Below the pieces are notes generated by a model. It worked only from the letters and a program-made list of their open reading frames with translations, ran no database searches and was not told where the DNA came from. Positions 56,669-64,000 of a DNA stretch of 64,000 nucleotides are shown one piece after another. Each line of letters begins with the position of its first letter. Within the stretch, counting starts at the first letter, position 1. The stretch covers positions 36,332,001 to 36,396,000 of the forward strand of contig OZ024748.1 in the NCBI GenBank assembly GCA_964016885.1, read 5' to 3'. Position numbers and translations under genes: made by a program. Source of the stretch: Eledone cirrhosa (Eukaryota).

Positions 56669-59600
56669 GATCAGGGGGCGGTGTGGGTATGGTGTGGCGT
56701 GCGGTGGCCGGAAGCGGGGGAGTGCTCGACCGGAAGGGTGCTTGGCCGGAAGGATGCTCGACCGTAAGGGCCAGCAGAGGGCCTCTCTCTAGTGGTGACC
56801 AGCAAACGGTGTGGACGCGAGTTTTGGGCAGCTCCCGGTGTTAAGCAGTTGGACGCACGTGGAAGAGGAGTAACCTGCAGTGGAGTTTAGCGGCGCCTAT
56901 GAAAAGCGGTAAGTGAGATAGCTTTTTCTAACCACAGTTATAATATAAGGTTAACAACAGAACCTCACAGTCTGTCATTGTTATAATATAAGATTAACAA
57001 CAACAACACAACCACACAGTCTGTCATAGTTATAATATAACGTTAACAACACAACCTCACAGTCTGTCATAGTTATAATATAAGGTTAACAACACAACCT
57101 CACAGTCTGTCATAGTTATAATATAAGGTTAAAAACAACACAACCTCACAGTCTGTCAGTTATAATATAAGGTTAACAACACAACCTCACAGTCTGTCAT
57201 TGTTATAAAATAAGGTTAACAACACAACCTCACAGTCTGTCATAGTTATAATATAAGGTTAACAACAACACAACCTCACAGTCTGTCAGTTATAATATAA
57301 GGTTAACAACACAACCTCACAGTCTGTCATAGTTATAATATAAGGTTAACAACAACACAAGCTCACAGTCTGTCAGTTATAATATAAGGTTAACAACACA
57401 ACCTCACAGTCTGTCAGTTATAATATAAGGTTAACAACACAACCACACAGTCTGTCATTGTTATAATATAAGGTTAACAACACAACCTCACAGTCTGTCA
57501 GTTATAATATAAGGTTAACAACACAAACTCACAGTCTGTTATAGTTATAATATAAGGTTAACAACACAACCTCACAGTCTTTCATAGTTATAATATAAGG
57601 TTAACAACACAACCTCACAGTCTGTCATAGTTATAATATAAGGTTAACAACACAACCTCACAGTCTGTCATAGTTATAATATAAGGTTAACAACAACACA
57701 AGCTCACAGTCTGTCATAGTTATAATATAAGGTTAACAACACAACCTCACAGTCTGTCATAGTTATAATATAAGGTTAACAACACAACCTCACACTCTGT
57801 CATAGTTATAATATAAGGTTAACAACACAACCTCACAGTCTGTCATAGTTATAATAGAAGGTTAGCAACACAACCTCACAGTGTGGTAGTTATAATATAA
57901 GGTTAGCAACAACAACACAACCTCACAGTCTGTCATAGTTATAATATAAGGTTAACAACACAACCACACAGTCTGTAATAGTTATAATATAAGGTTAACA
58001 ACAACACAGCCTCACAGTCTGTCATAGTTATAATATAATGTTAGCAACAACAACACAACCTCACAGTCTGTCATAGTTATAATATAAGGTTAACAACACA
58101 ACCACACAGTCTGTAATAGTTACAATATAAGGTTAACAACAACACAGCCTCACAGTCTGTCATAGTTATAATATAAGGTTAACAACAAAACCTCACAGTC
58201 TGTCATAGTTATAATATAAGGTTAACAACAACACAAGCTCACAGTCTGTCAGTTATAATATAAGGTTAACAACACAACCTCACAGTCTGTCAGTTATAAT
58301 ATAAGGTTAACAACACAACCACACAGTCTGTCATTGTTATAATATAAGGTTAACAACACAACCTCACAGTCTGTCAGTTATAATATAAGGTTAACAACAC
58401 AACCTCACAATCTGTCATAGTTATAATATAAGGTTAACAACACAACCTCACAGTCTTTCATAGTTATAATATAAGGTTAACAACACAACCTCACAGTCTG
58501 TCATAGTTATAATATAAGGTTAACAACACAACCTCACAGTCTGTCATAGTTATAATATAAGGTTAACAACAACACAAGCTCACAGTCTGTCATAGTTATA
58601 ATATAAGGTTAACAACACAACCTCACAGTCTGTCATAGTTATAATATAAGGTTAACAACACGATCTCACAGTCTGTCATAGTTATAATATAAGGTTAACA
58701 ACAACACAACCTCACAGTCTGTCAGTTATAATATAAGGTTAACAACACAACCTCACAGTCTGTCATAGTTATAATATAAGGTTAACAACAACACAACCTC
58801 ACAGTCTGTCAGTTATAATATAAGGTTAACAACACGATCTCACAGTCTGTCATAGTTATAATATAAGGTTAACAACACAACCTCACAGTCTGTCAGTTAT
58901 AATATAAGGTTAACAACACAACCTCACAGTCTGTCATAGTTATAATATAAGGTTAACAACAACACAACCTCACAGTCTGTCAGTTATAATATAAGGTTAA
59001 CAACACAACCACACAGTCTGTCATTGTTATAAAATAAGGTTAACAACACAACCTCACAGTCTGTCATGGTTATAATATATGGTTAACAACAACACAACCT
59101 CACAGTCTGTCAGTTATAATATAAGGTTAACAATACAACCTCACAGTCTTTCATAGTTATAATATAAGGTTAACAACACAACCTCACAGTCTGTCATAGT
59201 TATAATATAAGGTTAACAACACAATCTCACAGTCTGTCATAGTTATAATATAAGGTTAACAATACAACCACACAGTCTGTCATAGTTATAATATAAGGTT
59301 AACAACAACACAACCTCACAGTCTGTCATAGTTATAATATAAGGTTAACAACACAACCACACAGTCTGTCATAGTTATAATATAAGGTTAACAACAACAC
59401 AAGCTCACAGTCTGTCATAGTTATAATATAAGGTTAACAACACAACCACACAGTCTTTCATAGTTATAATATAAGGTTAACAACACAACCTCACAGTCTG
59501 TCATAGTTATAATATAAGGTTAACAACACAACCTCACAGTCTGTTATAGTTATAATATAAGGTTAACAACACAACCTCACAGTCTGTCATAGTTATAATA

Positions 59601-61039
59601 TAAGGTTAACAACAACACAACCTCACAGTCTGTCATAGTTATAATATAAGGTTAACAACAACAGAGCGTCACAGTCTGTCATAGTTATAATATAAGGTTA
59701 ACAACACAACCTCATAGTCTGTCATAGTTATAATATAAGGTTAACAACACAACCTCACAGTCTTTCATAGTTATAATATAAGCTTAACAACACAACCACA
59801 CAGTCTGTCATAGTTATAATATAAGGTTAACAACACAACCTCACAGTCTTTCATAGTTATAATATAAGGTGAACAACACAACCTCACAGTCTTTCATAGT
59901 TATAATATAAGGTTAACAACACAACCACACAGTCTTTCATAGTTATAATATAAGGTTAACAACAACACAAGCTCACAGTCTGTCATAGATATAATATAAG
60001 GTTAACAACACAACCTCACAGTCTGTCATAGTTATAATATAAGGTTAACAACAACACAACCTCACAGTCTGTCATGGTTATAATATAAGGTTAACAACAC
60101 AACCTCACAGTCTGTCATAGTTATAATATAAGGTTAACAACACAACCTCACAGTCTGTCATAGTTATAATATAAGGTTAACAACAACACAACCACACAGT
60201 CTGTCATAGTTATAATATAAGGTTAACAACACAACCTCACAGTCTGTCATAGTTATAATATAAGTTTAAAAACAACACAAGCTCACAATCTGTCATAGTT
60301 ATAATATAAGGTTAACAACACAACCACACAGTCTATCATAGTTATAATATAAGGTTAACAACACAACCACACAGTCTGTCATAGTTATAATATAAGGTTA
60401 ACAATACAACCACACAGTCTGTCATAGTTATAATATAAGGTTAACAACACAACCTCACAGTCTGTCATAGTTATAATATAAGGTTAACAACACAACCTCA
60501 CAGTCTGTCATAGTTATAATATAAGGTTAACAACACAACCTCACAGTCTTTCATAGTTATAATATAACGTTAACAACACAACCACACAGTCTGTCATAGT
60601 TATAATATAAGCTTAACAACACAACCACACAGTCTGTCATAGTTATAATATAAGGTTAACAACACAACCTCACAGTCTTTCATAGTTATAATATAAGGTT
60701 AACAACACAACCTAACAGTCTCTCATAGTTATAATATAAGGTTAACAACACAACCACACAGTCTGTCATAGTTATAATATAAGGTTAACAACAACACAAG
60801 CTCACAGTCTGTCATAGTTATAATATAAGGTTAACAACACAACCTCACAGTCTGTCATAGTTATAATATAAGGTTAACAACACAACCTCACAGTCTGTCA
60901 TAGTTATAATATAAGGTTAACAACACAACCTCACAGTTTGTCATAGTTATAATATAAGGTTAACAACACAACCTCACAGTCTGTCATAGTTATAATATAA
61001 GGTTAACAACACAACCTCACAGTCTGTCATAGTTATAAT

Positions 61040-61225
61040 TGTTTCTACTTTAGGCACAAGGCCAGTAATTACCCAGTGCATTACTGGTACTTTATTTTAT
61101 CGACCCCGTAAGGATGAAAGGCAAAGTCAACCTCAGCGGGATTTGAACTCAGATCGTAAAGGGACGTAACTATGCTGGAAAGCATGGCGTCCGACCCTCT
61201 ACCGATACTGCCAATCCACCGCCCT
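61040..61225 (-). mobile_element. tRNA-derived SINE (second family) inserted in the satellite
   Basis: Minus strand A-box-like TGGCAGTATCGG, B-box GAGTTCAAATC, then gttgactttgcctttcatcc..ggggtcgataaaataaagtaccag. Confidence 0.75.
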
Positions 61226-64000
61226 AATAATATAAGGTTAACAACAACACAACCACACAGTCTGTTATAGTTATAATATAAGGTTAACAACACAACCTCA
61301 CAGTCTGTCATAGTTATAATATAAGGTTAACAACACAACCTCACAGTCTGTCATAGTTATAATATAAGGTTAACAACAACACAACCACACAGTCTGTCAT
61401 AGTTATAATATAAGGTTAACAACACAACCTCACAGTCTGTCATAGTTATAATATAAGGTTAACAACACAACATCACAGTCTGTCATAGTTATAATATAAG
61501 GTTAACAACACAACCTCACAGTCTGTCATAGTTATAATATAAGGTTAACAACAACACAACAACACAGTCTGTTATAGTTATAATATAAGGTTAACAACAC
61601 AACCTCACAGTCTGTCATAGTTATAATATAAGTTTAACAACAATACAAGCTCACAGTCTGTCATAGTTATAATATAAGGTTAACAACACAACCACACAGT
61701 CTGTCAGTTATAATATAAGGTTAACAACACAACCTCACAGTCTGACATAGTTATAATATAAGGTTAACAACAACACAACCTCACAGTCTGTCATAGTTAT
61801 AATATAAGGTTAACAACAGAACCTCACAGTCTGTCATAGTTATAATATAAGGTTAACAACAACAACACAACCTCACAGTCTGTCATAGTTATAATATAAG
61901 GTTAACAACAGAACCTCACAGTCTGACATAGTTATAATATAAGGTTAACAACAACACAGCCACACAGTCTGTCATAGTTATAATATAAGGTTAACAACAC
62001 AACCTCACAGTCTGTCATAGTTATAATATAAGGTTAACAACAACACAACCTCACAGTCTGTCATAGTTATAATATAAGGTTAACAACAGAACCTCACAGT
62101 CTGTCATAGTTATAATATAAGGTTAACAACAACAACACAACCTCACAGTCTGTCATAGTTATAATATAAGGTTAACAACAACAACACAACCACACAGTCT
62201 GTCATAGTTATAATATAAGGTTAACAACAACACAGCCACACAGTGTGTCATAGTTATAATATAAGGTTAACAACACAACCTCACAGTCTGTCATATTTAT
62301 AATATAAGGTTAACAACAACACAACCTCACAGTCTGTCATAGTTATAATATAAGGTTAACAACACAACCTCACAGTCTGTCATAGTTATAATATAATGTT
62401 AACAACAACACAACCTCACAGTCTGTTATAGTTATAATATGAGGTTAACAACACAACCTCACAGTCTGTCATAGTTATAATATAAGGTTAACAACACAAC
62501 CTCACAGTCTGTCATAGTTATAATATAAGGTTAACAACAACACAACCACACAGTCTGTCATAGTTATAATATAAGGTTAACAACACAACCTCACAGTCTG
62601 TCATAGTTATAATATAAGTTTAAAAACAACACAAGCTCACAATCTGTCATAGTTATAATATAAGGTTAACCACACAACCACACAGTCTATCATAGTTATA
62701 ATATAAGGTTAACAACACAACCACACAGTCTGTCATAGTTATAATATAAGGTTAACAATACAACCACACAGTCTGTCATAGTTATAATATAAGGTTAACA
62801 ACACAACCTCACAGTCTGTCATAGTTATAATATAAGGTTAACAACACAACCACACAGTCTGTCATAGTTATAATATAAGGTTAACAACACAACCACACAG
62901 TCTGTCATAGTTATAATATAATGTTAACAACAACACAGCCTCACAGTCTGTCATAGTTATAATATAAGGTTAACAACAACACAGCCTCACAGTCTGTCAT
63001 AGTTATAATATAAGGTTAACAACAACAACACAACCTCACAGTCTGTCATAGTTATAATATAAGGTTAACAACACAACCTCACAGTCTCTCATAGTTATAA
63101 TATAAGGTTAACAACAACACAGCCTCACAGTCTGTCATAGTTATAATATAAGGTTAACAACAACACAGCCTCACAGTCTGTCATAGTTATAATATAAGGT
63201 TAACAACACAACCTCACAGTCTGTAATAGTTACAATATAAGGTTAACAACAACACAGCCTCACAGTCTGTCATAGTTATAATATAAGGTTAACAACACAA
63301 CCTCACAGTCTGTCATAGTTATAATATAAGGTTAACAACAACACAAGCTCACAGTCTGTCAGTTATAATATAAGGTTAAAAACACAACCTCACAGTCTGT
63401 CAGTTATAATATAAGGTTAACAACACAACCTCACAGTCTGTCAGTTATAATATAAGGTTAACAACATAACCTCACAATCTGTCATAGTTATAATATAAGG
63501 TTAACAACACAACCTCACAGTCTTTCATAGTTATAATATAAGGTTAACAACACAACCTCACAGTCTGTCATAGTTATAATATAAGGTTAACAACACAACC
63601 TCACAGTCTGTCATAGTTATAATATAAGGTTAACAACACAACCTCACAGTCTGTCATAGTTATAATATAAGGTTAACAACAACACAACCTCACAGTCTGT
63701 CAGTTATAATATAAGGTTAACAACACAACCTCACAGTCTGTCATAGTTATAATATAAGGTTAACAACAACACAACCTCAGAGTCTGTCAGTTATAATATA
63801 AGGTTAACAACACAACCACACAGTCTGTCATTGTTATAAAATAAGGTTAACAACACAACCTCACAGTCTGTCATGGTTATAATATATGGTTAACAACAAC
63901 ACAACCTCACAGTCTGTCAGTTATAATATAAGGTTAACAACACAACCTCACAGTCTTTCATAGTTATAATATAAGGTTAACAACACAACCACACAGTCTT

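Larger units (their letters stand above)
54021..56936 (+). mobile_element. Gypsy-type LTR retrotransposon, internally deleted and non-autonomous
   Basis: 255-bp LTRs at 54021-54275 and 56682-56936 (TGTGG...CCACA, two visible mismatches), GTTAT TSD, PPT agggggcgg, domain order RT-RNaseH-IN. Confidence 0.93.
53927..64000. repeat. 43-bp satellite (gttataatataaggttaacaacacaacctcacagtctgtcata), roughly 160 units, running off the window end
   Basis: Period 43 with 41/46/49-bp variants (-TA, +CAA). Interrupted by an LTR element and a SINE. Confidence 0.97.

Noticed and set aside
53927-64000. 43-bp repeat as a CRISPR array or telomere
   Set aside because: Contiguous units without spacers; not TTAGGG-like.

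Overview
Repeat-dominated eukaryotic genomic DNA. The very long (TA/CA)n tracts and the SINE/LINE types suggest a cephalopod such as Octopus (inference). Contents: a degenerate CR1-group LINE; a near full-length RTE LINE and several RTE 3' fragments; tRNA-derived SINEs sharing the RTE 3' tail; two Helitron-like elements; a piggyBac-like MITE; a Penelope-like RT fragment; a CRE-like fragment; an internally deleted Gypsy LTR element inside a 43-bp satellite; a ~2.75-kb segmental duplication; and a 200-N gap. Two things stand out. (1) A 466-bp tandem array (16 forward units plus an inverted head copy) in which every forward unit carries a type I hammerhead ribozyme, i.e. a retrozyme-like array, together with about eight further unrelated hammerhead-like motif families in Penelope-type elements. 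(2) A candidate minus-strand host gene built from 22-26 nt phase-matched microexons, one pair of which has been duplicated in frame. The many Tyr/Ile-rich ORFs are microsatellite artefacts.
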